A stretch of DNA of 64,000 nt, from positions 256,001 through 320,000 of the forward strand of contig CAWEXO010000014.1 of the NCBI GenBank assembly GCA_963813025.1, given 5' to 3'. The notes beneath the pieces are model-generated. The model was given only the letters and a program-made list of their open reading frames with translations, did no database searches and had not been told where the DNA came from. The DNA comes from an uncultured Verrucomicrobiae bacterium (GTDB lineage Bacteria > Verrucomicrobiota > Verrucomicrobiia > Chthoniobacterales > JAFAMB01). Shown here piece by piece: positions 63,694 to 64,000 of this stretch. Within the stretch, counting starts at the first letter, position 1. Each line of letters starts with the position of its first letter. A program made the position numbers and the translations under genes.

Positions 63694-64000
63694 ATGGCGA
63701 GCCGGACGAGGCAGATGAACGGGGAGCACGAGGCGGCAGCGAAGACCACCTTGCATCTTCTGCAGGCCGTGCTGGGTGAATATCATCCTCGCAATTTTGC
63801 CGTGCAGTTGTGGGACGGCAGTGAGTGGCCGGCCGAAACGAATAGTCCGAGTTTTACGCTGCACCTGAACCACCCGGGCGCCCTGCGCAGTATCTTTCAA
63901 AAATCCGATCTGGCGGTTTCGGAAGCCTATATCCACGGCTACCTGGATATTGAAGGCGATCTCGAAGCGGCCATGCCGGTCGGCGATTTTCTGCGGAGCC
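63694..64000 (+). CDS. cfa: Cyclopropane-fatty-acyl-phospholipid synthase family protein, N-terminus (runs off the window)
   Basis: Manual translation gives ...FAVQLWDGS...FTL.LNHPGALR......DLAVSEAYIHGYLDIEGDLEAA. Confidence 0.75.
   Translation, partial: MASRTRQMNGEHEAAAKTTLHLLQAVLGEYHPRNFAVQLWDGSEWPAETNSPSFTLHLNHPGALRSIFQKSDLAVSEAYIHGYLDIEGDLEAAMPVGDFLRS

Overview
Bacterial chromosomal window with moderately high GC. The gene set and the style of the intergenic repeats suggest a soil Verrucomicrobiota genome; this is inference only. 1-15.2 kb is a carbohydrate catabolism island: two GMC oxidoreductases, enoyl-CoA hydratase, aldehyde dehydrogenase, GH88, a CUT1 ABC transporter, a GH1 whose acid/base Glu is replaced by Met, and a CUT2 ABC transporter. 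15.7-22.6 kb holds a triple-GAF histidine kinase and a NarL-type regulator. Around them are three promoters of the same architecture (two palindromic boxes 23 bp apart plus a -10 TAGWCT), a shortened DUF1348 gene and a solute-binding-protein/TRIC-channel fusion. 22.8-28.5 kb has a deletion scar (permease and LacI fragments), a DUF4236 gene and an intact sugar ABC operon with a LacI-type operator. 29-39 kb has the LigD polymerase domain, exported MsrB/MsrA, a YncE/phosphoesterase, ggt and glgX. At 39321-41226 a group II intron is inserted precisely inside a REP-like palindromic repeat, and its candidate EBS1 loop matches that repeat. 41-64 kb has an ECF sigma/anti-sigma/RDD operon, hisC, mnmE, pyrD, an RRM protein, OsmC, TatD, fabH, plsX, rpmF, yceD, coaD, guaA, aat, an RND pump, a histidine phosphatase and the start of cfa. 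Many intergenic gaps carry REP-like hairpins (at least 3 families) or short 7-9-nt tandem repeats. Clustered single-base indels in essential genes point to sequencing or assembly errors, so frameshifts here are weak evidence for pseudogenes.
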